A stretch of 64,000 nucleotides of DNA from an uncultured Methanomassiliicoccales archaeon (GTDB taxonomy: Archaea > Thermoplasmatota > Thermoplasmata > Methanomassiliicoccales > UBA472): assembly GCA_963695345.1 (NCBI GenBank), contig OY968769.1, positions 352,001 to 416,000 on the forward strand, in the 5' to 3' direction. The translations under genes and the position numbers were made by a program. Of the stretch, positions 49,826-61,472 are shown one piece after another; position 1 is the stretch's first letter; each line of letters starts with the position of its first letter. The notes below the pieces were generated by a model. That model worked only from the letters and a program-made list of their open reading frames with translations. It ran no database searches and was not told where the DNA came from.

Positions 49826-50006
49826 TTCTTTATCCCCCCACTAGTAGACGCCAGTCCGGTCGAACTGTTAGGCTCTACAAATATATATTATTCCATGAGT
49901 AATTAAAAGTTAGCCAATTCTATTGAAATCAGAAAATATTCCATTAATTTATCTTTGATATGTTTATGATTCTCGCTGAATGTTGATTCGATTGTAATGA
50001 AGGTTT

Positions 50007-50354
50007 TCACTCAATCGGGTTATCAACTGAGAATGAATCAAACCTCTCGTAGCAAAGAGGACAACGCTGGATAAGCATCCGCAATGACGCCTGCCGATCG
50101 ATGGTGATGTCCGGATACTGGTCGGTGGAAAAATCCAGAGGGCTTTGGTGCCTCATTCCCCTAGTGCTTATCTCCTCCGCCAATTCATCATGCCTCCGCC
50201 TGATGCTCCTGGGTTCGATGGCGTTTATCCGAACGTACCCTTTTATGCTACGCCCCAGTCTTATGTTACCTGCGATCATATGCAGTTCAGCATGCTCTCC
50301 CAGCAGGTGCTGTCTGCACATTATCCTCGGATCAACCATCCACATCCTGGTCAA
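50007..50354 (-). CDS. Pyrimidine dimer DNA glycosylase / T4 endonuclease V (DenV) family protein
   Basis: MTRMWMVDPRIMCRQHLLGEHAELH...RRHDELAEEISTRG. Confidence 0.8.
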   Translation of the reverse strand: MTRMWMVDPRIMCRQHLLGEHAELHMIAGNIRLGRSIKGYVRINAIEPRSIRRRHDELAEEISTRGMRHQSPLDFSTDQYPDITIDRQASLRMLIQRCPLCYERFDSFSVDNPIE

Positions 50355-50422
50355 TGAATCCTCATTGGAGAGATCGCATCCGCTACATTTCTAAGGTTTC
50401 CTCCGCGTGTGAGGTTATCCAT

Positions 50423-53036
50423 TTACAGTACAAAGATGGTCATGGCAAAGTATAATACCAACAATCCTGCGAATGGGACCCCCCATAGCAGTTTCTTCCA
50501 GTTGTAGACCTTACGGCCATCCATTGGCTCGAAGGGCATCATCGCGTATGTGGCGGTCAGGAGGTTCATGGACGCCCCCAGGAACCCGATGGTGGCCAAT
50601 TGGCCCCCTAACGGAACCAAGGACAGGAACACTGCGAACACGGCAAAGCTCATCAACGGACCAGACCCATAGATAATGGCCTGTTGTTTCTTAGTCAATG
50701 ACCCGGCGTTGTTTATCCCTAACCTCGAGGGGGATGAATAGACCACCCCGAAAAGGATCGCCGTGAAGAACATGATGATCGTTCCCAGGAACCAGAACTT
50801 GTACTCGGTGATAACCCCGTACCTCCAGGCCATGTACCGGTGGGTAAGATCATGCAGGATGACCGCCAGTCCGGCAACGAACACATAGATCAGCCAGTCC
50901 GCCGCGGAGCCGAGATCGATCCTGTTGGTGATCATGAAGGCAAGTCCCAGGAAGACGGAGGTGTAGAAAATGACCGCCATCTCCCGTGCCGAGAACCCCG
51001 CGAAGAGAGGCATCCTATGTACCGCCACAGTATCCTCAGGCTCGACCTTGGCCACCTGTCTCCAGACCAGGGAGTGGGCCCGTCCCTTGATGTATCCGTT
51101 GACGAAATCGAAGACCTTGTCCAGCCGGAAGTACCGTTTGAGGCCGTTGCGGACCTGGTCCATTCCCCCGTTGTATGCGTTGGAAACGGTGGCCACTGCC
51201 TCGGCCGCCCGGGTGACCACAAAGACGCCGACAAAGGCAAGAGTGGTCCCCACCGCCACTGCCGCCACCGGGGGCAACGCCTGCTGGTATATGGTTGAAG
51301 AGGAGGTGGGAGTGGATGGTGATGGATGGATAGCCGCGATCCCGCCTAGCTTCATCACATAAAGATCGTCCTTTCCCGAGTTGTAGGCAAAGGTATTCCC
51401 GACACCGAGGAAGCCACCGTCAGCGGTCCTGACCCCAACAGAGCCAGATGTTGGAACTGTTAATCCATATATGCCCGCATAGGATATGTTTCCGTTCAGG
51501 TCCGTCCGGACTAGGAACAGCTTGCTCAGGGTAGAATTGAAGGATGCAGTCGAGCCTCCGAAAACAAAGCCGTCATCCAGGGGTAAGACCATGGAACCGT
51601 AGTCCTCGCCTGTTCCCCCGTAGGTTCGTTCCCATACGACACCGCCTGTAGGGTCGGTCCTTATCCCTATGATATCGTTTGCCCCGTGGCCCGCGGATGT
51701 AGTATGGCCGGTTATTACGAATCCGCCATCCGACATCTCGTCCGCCTCATAGCAGGTGGTGCTTCCCGTAACACCAAAGGTGTTGTTGTACAATTCTGTC
51801 CCGCTAGGATCCGTCCTGATCAGTTGACCTTTGGAGGTTGCCCCATAGGAGGAGGTCCAGCCGGTGATGGCGTATCCTCCATCCTTCGTTTGTATCACCG
51901 ACTTGGCCCAATCGTCGGACACACCGCCGTAGGATCTGATCCATTGTTGATTACCGCCCGCGTCGGTCTTTAGGAGGAACATGTCCGTGGCATGTCCTGA
52001 TACCGACAGGTAGCCGACCAGAGCGAAGCCGCCGTCGCTGGTCTGAATGGAACAGAATCCGACCTCGGATACAGCGCCATAGATCTTATCCCATTCAACC
52101 GTCCCATCGGAGCTCGTCTTGACCATCCATGCCCGGAAACCATTCGACGTAGATGTAGCCCCGCCGATGAGGAACCCGTTATCGGAGGTGTAGCAAAGGG
52201 AGTATGTCCAATCGCCGAGTGTAGTGCCATAGGTTCTGTTCCACAGCTCATTCCCGTTGGCATCTCCCCGTACCAGGAAAGCGTCATACTGACCGAGACC
52301 GTATGACTTGGTCACGCCCAAGGCGGCGAACCCTCCGTCATCCGTGGCGACTACTCCATAGCCAGTATCACTTAAGGCCCCACCGAACGTTTTCTGCCAG
52401 TTCAATGCCGGCGCCGCGTCCAGTGAATAGTAATCATAGTCGGTCGTTCCCTGCCATGGTGCTACATTTAACACCGAACGGACCTCCCCCATCGTTGCCG
52501 TTGTCGAAATAACTGGTGATATACTGGGAGTTGTGGTAGCAGGAGATATTGTTCCCGATCTTTACCATGGTCATGACATGCCATTGTTCCAGTTGAAGCG
52601 GGGCTGTCGGAATCTGGATGACCTTTGAAGAACCGACAGAGAAAATGTAGACGCTGTAATAACCGTCTAGCCAGAAGGTATAGGATTGGCGATCCGTGGA
52701 CAACGCCACACCGATGGTCCCACCGCCACCTGCGGTCCATTTTCCCTTGGTCTCAGCCCTCCAATCGGTGATTCCGGCGGAGATGTTGCTGAAGGTCATG
52801 TAATTGTCCTGACCGATTCCGCTCAGTGTGACAAGACCGGAATTGAACCCGGTTTGACCGGGGATCGCTATTTGCCATCCGGCCGCGACCGCCTCGTCCG
52901 TGGAAGTGTAGTCGAAATTGTCGATCCAATGGTAGCTTATCTGCTCGGCCTGCGCAGATGGCATCTGGCTGACCGAACATACTAACAGCACGATGGCTAA
53001 CAGTAATGCTTTCCTCAATGCCCCCCTCTCCCGCAA
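50423..53036 (-). CDS. Secreted ConA/LamG-like domain + beta-propeller repeats + C-terminal M50 (site-2 protease-like) membrane domain; frameshift near 52500
   Basis: Signal peptide and WHVMTMVK.G (52434-53036); repeated TxDGGFxxxG...LxKTDxxGxxxWxxxYGG; ILHDLTH, GSGPLMS, NLL...MMPFEPMDG. Confidence 0.75.
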
Positions 53037-53285
53037 CTATATCGACCGTGTCCCCTTATTCGATATATTATAGTTTCGGGAGGTGCGGTTCGGGGTTGTC
53101 AGTGACGATCCGACTTCGGACTATCACCTAGCAAGGGATTCTTGGCTGCGAGGTCGAACGAAGGGGGACCAAATGCCCCTTGCTCGTCCGAAGACCTGAT
53201 GGTCCGTTCGATCAAATGGGTTTGCCTGGAGGCCATACAGTAAATGGCTCATTGAGAACCTCATCGGTTCTGTGCCCCTTCTGTT

Positions 53286-53755
53286 CTACCGTGTTGCCAG
53301 ATAATACCGCCTTGTTGCGGGAATGATCAGCATGATGAATATGCCGATACCTATCATGACAGTGAAATAGGTCGCCGGCCAGTCGAGGCCGATCAAGCTT
53401 CCTTCGACCGCCAGCCAGACCACGAGGACGACGGTAAGGAGAAGTCCCCCGGTCCAGGACCAATGATGTCCGGAGATCTCGCTGATCCTTAGCCAAGAAG
53501 GCCTCCTTGCGGGTGATCGCCCCGTACGCCAGGATGAACGATCCGATTCCATAGATGAAGAACAGGAACAACCCGACAAGAAGGAAACTCTTGAATGGGA
53601 CCTTCTCGACGATGTCGGAGGTGAATCCCAGTCCGCTTCCCGGTCGGGTCGCTGATCAGGAGCGCGCCGCTGATCAGACCAAGCGATCCATAGAAAACAA
53701 GCAGGGCTATCAGAACCTTTGAGCTGAATGGACGTTGCATATTCGGGTAGTCCAT
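53286..53755 (-). CDS. Four-TM hypothetical membrane protein; two frameshifts
   Basis: Three overlapping ORF pieces join as LLVFYGSLGLISGALLISDPTG / PFKSFLLVGLFLFFIYG / WSWTGGLLL...WLAVE. Confidence 0.6.
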
Positions 53756-53837
53756 GTTCCTTGAATATCATCGGGATATTTCAAAATCTCCCATAGGGCC
53801 AGTACCAGCGATCGTACCTGAATGGTCAGGGATCATG

Positions 53838-54269
53838 TCACTTCTTAGACCTTTTCTCGTTCTCTACCATTCGCTCCTTGACAAGCTTGGTGACCAAAGG
53901 AACCGGAAGAGGCTCACCTGACTTGAACCGGATGGTGGCAGTCGTCGTGTCATATGCGCTCAGCTCTTCGCGTAGGGCCGCCATCAGGGGCGGGCTCATG
54001 AGATGGAGGCTACAATGGTTCCTCGAGGCGGAGAAACCGACCAATGGCCCGTGATATATGAACATCGGGATACGGTAGTAGATCGACTCGGTCGCCTCCG
54101 GTGCCGCCGCCCTGATCGCTTCGCGGAGACCTTGGAGGAAGGTCCTTGCTTCCTCTGGAATCGCGGCAAGGTACTCATCGATGTCCCTTGCGGTCATGCT
54201 CTTCCACGGAGTGTCGCTGGAATCCTTATCCTGGTTTTTCCGACCTTCAAGCGCGCCATCGTCCTCCAT
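53838..54269 (-). CDS. DUF1801 (YdhG-like) protein
   Basis: IDEYLAAIP...LREAIRAAAPEATESIYYRIPMF...TIRF...PLPVPLV. Confidence 0.85.
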   Translation of the reverse strand: MEDDGALEGRKNQDKDSSDTPWKSMTARDIDEYLAAIPEEARTFLQGLREAIRAAAPEATESIYYRIPMFIYHGPLVGFSASRNHCSLHLMSPPLMAALREELSAYDTTTATIRFKSGEPLPVPLVTKLVKERMVENEKRSKK

Positions 54270-54505
54270 AGTTGATCGGATCAAATATGCTAAGTGTTCT
54301 GGTCCGTAATAATGGATTCCTAACAAAGGCGGAACTGTTCGCCCATCTGCTGTGGATTTTGAAATCCTTTGACCGAAAGAGGGGGACATGATCTATAATT
54401 ACGGGGTTGAGCAGAGGGCGGACCTCTCGCCCTCTCCTCATTCAAAGGCTGCGCTAAGTCAATCCCCCCGTTCGACCCCTTTGTCTGGGCCACAGCATCA
54501 TAGTC

Positions 54506-57500
54506 TCATGCTTTGCGCTTCCGCAACACCACCATCACCAGCACCAATACTCCTATGGCTACGAGAATTCCGATGACCAGGAACATAGTCATGTCCCCTC
54601 CGGTTATCGACGCCCCGTTCTCACCGGCGCTCTCCGCAATGGATGTCATAGTGAGATGTCCCAGTTGCTGGTCCGCGGTGACGGTCAAGCTCAGGTCGAG
54701 CCCTTCCATTCCTGACGCGGTGACGTGCAGCTGTTGCTGACCCGAATCCACATACACACTGAACTGTCCATGGGCGTTGGTGATTAGGGTCTGCCCTCCG
54801 ATGGTCACCGTGGCACCGGATATCGGCTGGTCGTTCTTGTTGACCACGGTCCCGCCGATAACGAACCTGCCCGGAGACTGTTCACCGGACACGACGTTGA
54901 ACGCCCATGAGTATGCAAGCATGCTGTTTCCCGAGAGGTCCCGGGCGCCGGCGATCGCGACGGTATAGTTGGTCCCGCCGACCAGTGTCCTGGTCACCTC
55001 ATAGGTCGTGCCATTCAAGGAGAACTCGCAGACCTCCCCGTTCACAAGTACGGACATTCCAGTATTGTTGACGGTCTCGGAGAACCTGAATGATATCCTG
55101 TCGCTCGTTCCCGCGTTGGAGGTGGCAGGGGTATGCGCCACTATGGTTGGTGCAATGGCATCCACCGTAAGGTTGACGTATCCAGTAACGACCCGCCACG
55201 CCCGGTCCGTGACCATCAATCTGAACGTGTGGTTGCCAGACGTCATCGCGACCGAGACCGACGATACGCCTTCCATCAGCCCGTGACCAGCATCATTATC
55301 GATGCTATACATCACCGATGTTGTCCCTATGACGTCGGTCACGTTCCAGGAAAAGACGACGTTGGACGTGTTGACCAGGGACCCGTCCGGCGGGATCAGG
55401 AAATTGATCACCGCCGGGTTCAGATCGATCGTGACGTTAACCACGGCAGACCGGGAGTTCCCAGCCACATCTATGGCCCTGACATGTATGGCGTGGCGGC
55501 CTTCGGTCAGCACTAACGGCGCGTAGAGGCTTGTCCCACGCGATTGCCATTCACTGCCGTCGACCTTGACCTCATACGACGCGAGTCCGCTTCCGAACTC
55601 CATGCCGGTCCAGGTAACATTCAGGTCAGGCACGGAGAAGTATCCTCCCTCGAAGGGAATGGTTATGCTCAGCATCGGCGCCACCGTGTCAATGAAAACG
55701 TCGATGTGAGCTGCCCGGACCTTGCCGGACTTGTCTGAGGCTATGACGTTGATCACGTGGCTGCCGTCCATCAGGCCGGTCAATTCCACACTGGTTCCCG
55801 TCCCCTGGCCGGTCATCGGACCGTAGTCGATGCCCACATCATAATGGTCGATGCCAGAGCCCTGGTCGAGATCCGCTCCACGATATCGTGACGGTGTTGA
55901 CGGAATAGACCGTGTGGTTCGCCGGAGTAAGGATGGTTATCGTCGGTAGGGTATAGTCCACCAGGAACCTCACTTGCTTCTCGACCGAGCTCCCAGCCTT
56001 GTCAAATGACCTGACATACACCGAATGGAAGCCCTCGGACACGTCCAAGAATGTGTGCGTGGAAGCAAGGCCTTTGTCTATCCATCCCAAGCTGTCCAAC
56101 CGAACCTCGGTTCGATCCAGCCCGGAGGGGCTGGCGGCCAGATCGAAGGCGTACCAGGAGACCGGAATGTCCTTGACAGACATCACGGATCCATCCGCCG
56201 GAGACAACGAGTCCAGACTGGGAGCGACCGTATCGACATAGAAGTCGAGGTAGTACACCCTGATGTGGCCGTTGCTGTCCGACGCCCTCAGGTAGAAGGT
56301 ATGGCTACCATCGCCCAGGAGGCTGCTGAAGGTATAGGTTTCGGCTGAGCCAATTGAGACATACGCCTCCAGGTCCCAGCCGACATTGTAGTAGACGACC
56401 CCCATCCCCGCATCAGTCCCGGTCCAGGAGATGGTGGGAGTGCTGTCGTTCACGGCGGTATGGTTGCCCGGCGTGGTTATGGTGGCCACCGGAGAGCCTG
56501 CATCCACAATGAACATGCGGACGGCCGTGCCATCATTGCCGGCCCTGTCCACACCCTTCACGTGGAGATGGTGCTGTCCGTCGGACAATGAGGTCCAGGT
56601 CTGGATATTGCCATAACCGACGTTCAGCCAGGGGCCTTCGTCCATGTATACCTCGAAATGATGCAACCCGGACCAGGTGTCGGTGGCATCCCAGGAGAGC
56701 GTGACGCTGTCGGATGTGAATACCGCACCGTCAGTGCCCGGACTGGTTATCGTGACGGTCGGGTCCGTGTCCTCGGCTATGGGGAAATAATCGTATTCAT
56801 CCCCGCCGAGGATAAAGAGCGGGGCATCGACGATTCCATCACAGTTGACATCGGGGTAACACCAGTCGGACCAGAAATTGCCTATGCCGTCAGGGGCGGG
56901 CGTGTTCCAGTGATTGCTTCCCGAATTGTCATCGTATGCTTGGTTGCTTACAGATGAATATACACTTGTCGACCCATGGTTGAACAGGAATTGGTTATGG
57001 TGCAACATGGCATTCTCGCAGGAGTACATCACCACGCCGGCGTCGTCGTTCCTATAGAATATGTTGTTTGTGATCACATCGGACGACGTGCCTTCGATCA
57101 GAACCCCCATCATGCAGTGGGACACGTTCACGTTCTGAATGATCGTGCCTGCACCACCGTGGACATAGATGCCCATCGCCCCTCCACCCCCGGTCGAATC
57201 CGTGATGTTGCCCTTGCTTATCCAGGTGCTCAGACTATTGAGGACATAAGCCCCCCATTGGGATGCGTCGATCTGATTGTCTTCGAGGAAGCAGTTGGTG
57301 CATATCTTAAGTTCGATACCGATGATCCCGTTGTGGAATATGTTGGTCAAGAATTGCGCATCCGCGCAATCCTCGGCATAGACCCCGTGGGCGATATTGC
57401 CATCGAACGTATTTCCAGATACCACACATTCGTCCGATGAGATGAGATTCAACCCGTTCAGGTTCAAAGAGAAGAAATTCTCGATGAGACTGATGTGACT

Positions 57501-59183
57501 GACGCTGCTGATCAGCACCCCGTGAACATTGTCAGAAATGGTGTTCCATTTCAGGGTTGTATGCTCTGAGGATGGGATGTGGACACCGTAGTCATCGAAC
57601 CCATTGATGGTGTTTCCGGTGATGCTGCAATTGTCCGATCCGCTGGCTCCCAGTAGGATAATGCCGGAATTCGCCCCGTTCCTGATCTCATTGTAGGAGA
57701 GATTTGCCCAGGTGGCGTCAGATAGCCAAATGCCATAGGCATTCCCCAGCAAATGACAGTCCGCGACCTTTTCATGATCGGAATTGTACAGCTCGACGCC
57801 CTCCTGGTTCAGGTAGGCCCGGACCCTCAGTATGGAGGAGTTGTCAGAATTCTGGGTGAGAATCCCGATATACAGATTGGCCATGATGTTGCTGTCGATC
57901 ACACGACAGAGATGGCAGGCGTCGAAGACGACGCCGTTGTAGCCATTGCGGGAGGCGTTCACCGCAAGAGTGCAGTTGTTGCTGCTGGTAACTGAGAATC
58001 CATTGACGACGTTGTCCGTGCTCTTCGCGGTGGAATATATCCAGGACGACTGGACTATGCGGAATCCGGTCTCGACGGTCCTGCTGATCACGTCATCCCA
58101 GAGGTACGAGTTCCTGCAATTGCTCAGATAGATCCCGGCGACGGTGTTGAAGAACATGACGTTGTCGCTGGTGGTGATGTTCTCGCATCCGTTGGCGTAG
58201 AAACCATAGGAGGAACTTCGCGAGCAGTTGTTATCGCTAACCGTTATATGGTTCACACCTGTGGCGTAGATCCCCCTGGGATTGTTGACACAGATATTGT
58301 TCATCACGAAGCAGTTATCGGCAGAATTGATCTGAATGCCGCTGTAAAGATTGCCATAGACCTTGTTGGCCGCGATCAGGTTATTGTCATCCAATACGTA
58401 GATGCCGGAATATGTGTTCGCGCTGCAGTTGTTGAGGTCGATCTTGTTGCCGAACGATCCGGATTCGATCGATATTCCATAGACATTTGCGGATGCGTAG
58501 TTGTCGCTCAGGATGTTCTGGTAGCTTCCGGAGATGTAGAAACCGTAGGTATTGCGAAGTAAGGTGTTGTTGTCGAACTTGCACCCATGGGTCGATTGTA
58601 TGGAGGTCATTCCGCTGTAAGAATCGGCGCAGAAATTGTGATGGACCTGCACCGATGTGCAGGAAGCGATCTTGATGTTTGCGTAGGTGACATTGTTGAT
58701 GGTATTCCCGTATACGACACAGTCATGAGAATTTTGGATTGTGATTCCATTGTAGGCGTCGAAGACCAAGTTGTTGCAGACCTGGATATGACTCGATGAG
58801 GTAACGAATATCCCGTCCCCATTCCCGATGTTGAAATTCAGGTTATGGGTATTATTGACCACGCAGTTCTGGATGATGACATAGAGATCGATGTTCATTA
58901 ACGCCATCCCGTTGACGCCGTTGTTCGCATCGATGTTCAGTCCTTCGATGATATAGGGATCGAGCGAGCTACCATCGCCATCCAACGAGTGGTCGGTGGC
59001 ATACGTGGCCATGGCCGAGTCTCCATCGATCGTTACTGGAGCGTCAGCGGCGGTGGCATTTCCGGTCATGAGGACGATAGTGACCACCAGTATCATTCCA
59101 AATATCGTTCCTGATGCAACCTTATGTAACGACATGAAAAGCACCCGAACGATGAAAAAACCCGGTTTTGAATATTTAATCAT
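54506..59183 (-). CDS. Second large NosD/CASH + Ig-repeat surface protein with C-terminal TM; frameshift near 55860
   Basis: GDGSSLDPYIIE, beta-helix repeats, GNFWSDW..PD...DGIVD, DxxxPxVTIxxP Ig modules, GATVTIG, TM followed by RKRKA. Start may be 59135. Confidence 0.8.
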
Positions 59184-59537
59184 CGATTACTGGCTATCAA
59201 AGTTGATAATATGCGGATGCTCCTCCGCGTATTGCCTGAGCTGGTTGTAACGTCGTCTTGAAGAAACGTTCCTATCAAAATTGAAACGAGACGGGGCGGA
59301 CATGGAATCAATGGCACCTATCCCTTGACCTGATGATCGATGAAAAGAGAACATTTTCCTCAGACCTGCCGATGGTCAAGGGTCCATTGCCGGCTGATGG
59401 TTTCATATTGGAAAAGTCAGACCTTACAGCGAATAAAAAAATCATAAATAGTCTGAACCGAGCGTCTGATTATTATTGCCTGGATCTCTCCAAGGATTAG
59501 GCAGAGAGGGTTTGATTGAGATCTGTTAAGTCGATCC

Positions 59538-59933
59538 TCAGATTCCCCTGGTGGTCGTCCAGAGGCCCATTGTGTTGCCCTCGCTGTCCTCGAAGTATGC
59601 GAAAAAGCCCATGGTGCCGGCCGCCGTCTTTTTCATGATGGTCTTGCCGCCATGCTTCTCCACGCTTTCCAGTGCCGCGTCGATATCATCGACATCGAGA
59701 GTGATGATGGGATTCTTGTTCGGATCCTGTCTGGGTACAAGTCCGCCGTTGATCGCACCGGCATCCTTGGGCATGAACTTCTCGTTCACCGGTGTCGTGC
59801 CCACCGATTGGTACTCCACGACAGGATCGAGAGGGAACATCTGCCATCCGAAAACGTCCACATAGAATTTCTTCGCCCTTTCCATGTCATCCACAGGAAC
59901 CTCGAAATGTACCACTTTGGCTTGTCTTGCCAT
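59538..59933 (-). CDS. VOC (glyoxalase/bleomycin resistance) family protein
   Basis: VVHFEVPVDDMERAKKFY..VFGW, GAINGG, FAYFEDSEGN. Confidence 0.9.
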   Translation of the reverse strand: MARQAKVVHFEVPVDDMERAKKFYVDVFGWQMFPLDPVVEYQSVGTTPVNEKFMPKDAGAINGGLVPRQDPNKNPIITLDVDDIDAALESVEKHGGKTIMKKTAAGTMGFFAYFEDSEGNTMGLWTTTRGI

Positions 59934-60082
59934 GATATCGACCCAATCCAATTTCTTTTGAACGGGGCGTAAATAATGATTTGTAACAATTCTGCGCGGA
60001 GTATCGTCCAGATGCCGTGGATTCAGCGATGGCGGATACCGGTTTACGATGCCCAGATATAAATGGGGCTCGACTGTCGGCT

Positions 60083-61291
60083 CTATAGGTGAGTTTGATT
60101 TGCCCGCCTAATCCTGACCCACAAGCCGACCATTGCTACCGCCGTCACCATGCCCATCGCGGATATCGATCCCCAGAATAGCCAACCGTCGTTCAGGTTG
60201 TCATAGAGTAGGCCCCCGACCAGGGTCGATCCGAACCAGCCGAATGATCCGATCAGACCGAATATCCCCAGATACTTGCCGCGCTCGGTCTCGCTGGACA
60301 TACTGACCGTGAGGTCCGTGGCCACCGGGACCACAATAATCTCACCTATGGTAATGACCACCATCGTGATCGCTAGAGTGAATCCGTCCGTTACCCCGGC
60401 GACGAAGAAGTACCCCACCGCATAGATGGCCGTCCCTAGGGTCATGGCCAAGTATTTGTCCCTCTTTTCCAAAGCTCGGGCCAGTGGCATCTGCAAAAGA
60501 ACCACCATTATCCCATTCAGACCGAACACCAGTCCGATGGTCAGGGTATCGATGTGCACTTTCTCGTTGGCGTAGACGGTATATGTGGTCCCGAACTGAC
60601 CAGACATCAGGAACATCGGAATGCAGATGAGGCAGAAGATGAGGAAAAGCACCTTAACATTGCGCATTTCCTTCAATAGGGTGACACGCTCCTTGGCCGG
60701 TCCCGGAGTGTAGGATTCGGTCAGCATGAAGGCCACAATGAGACCGGCCATTAGGGATATCACGGCCGAGACCAGAAATGTGGCGGAGTAGGAGAACACC
60801 AGCAGAACTCCCCCGATCATCGGGCCGAAAGCGAAACCGAGGTTCCATGCCACCCTAAGCAAACCGTAGGCCTCCAATCGCCTGGCCGGTTCGACCACGT
60901 CTGCCACCATGGCATTGTTGGCAGGGTCGAACACTCCGCCAAAGAACATGCTGAAAGAGAGGACCGTGGCCACCACCAAAATGTCGGGCCAGAAGGCCAC
61001 CAGGAATGCAAGGGCAAAGAAGGTGACGCACCTAAGCATCATCGAGTAGGTCATCACACCGAGGCGGCCATATCGGTCTGCCATGAGTCCTCCGACCATA
61101 TTTCCAGCCGCGCCCGCGAGGCCTGAAATAAGTAGCACAATCCCGACCGCGACCATAGGCATGCCCAGAGCCTGGTACATGAACAGGGCGAGGAATGGAC
61201 CGACGATGCTGAAGCCTATGCCATCGATAAGACGGGAGATGAACAGCACCCACACCCGGTGGTCATATCCTTTGAGAATGAACCTTTTCAC
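60083..61291 (-). CDS. MFS transporter (12 TM)
   Basis: GGLMADRYGR, NLGFAFGPMIGG, RGKYLG. Confidence 0.9.
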   Translation of the reverse strand: MKRFILKGYDHRVWVLFISRLIDGIGFSIVGPFLALFMYQALGMPMVAVGIVLLISGLAGAAGNMVGGLMADRYGRLGVMTYSMMLRCVTFFALAFLVAFWPDILVVATVLSFSMFFGGVFDPANNAMVADVVEPARRLEAYGLLRVAWNLGFAFGPMIGGVLLVFSYSATFLVSAVISLMAGLIVAFMLTESYTPGPAKERVTLLKEMRNVKVLFLIFCLICIPMFLMSGQFGTTYTVYANEKVHIDTLTIGLVFGLNGIMVVLLQMPLARALEKRDKYLAMTLGTAIYAVGYFFVAGVTDGFTLAITMVVITIGEIIVVPVATDLTVSMSSETERGKYLGIFGLIGSFGWFGSTLVGGLLYDNLNDGWLFWGSISAMGMVTAVAMVGLWVRIRRANQTHL

Positions 61292-61472
61292 CGGATCACC
61301 CCATTCCGGAAAGCAGTCATTATGTATACTGGCATGGACGATTGAACATGATGTAGGGCATACTTATCTGCTTTTTGCCGGAAAAAACCCTTGACCTTCG
61401 ATTCTGCTAAGAACGTCAATCAACATTCCGATTTGGCCTTGCTGTTCCCGATGATGGATCGAACCAGCGAGT

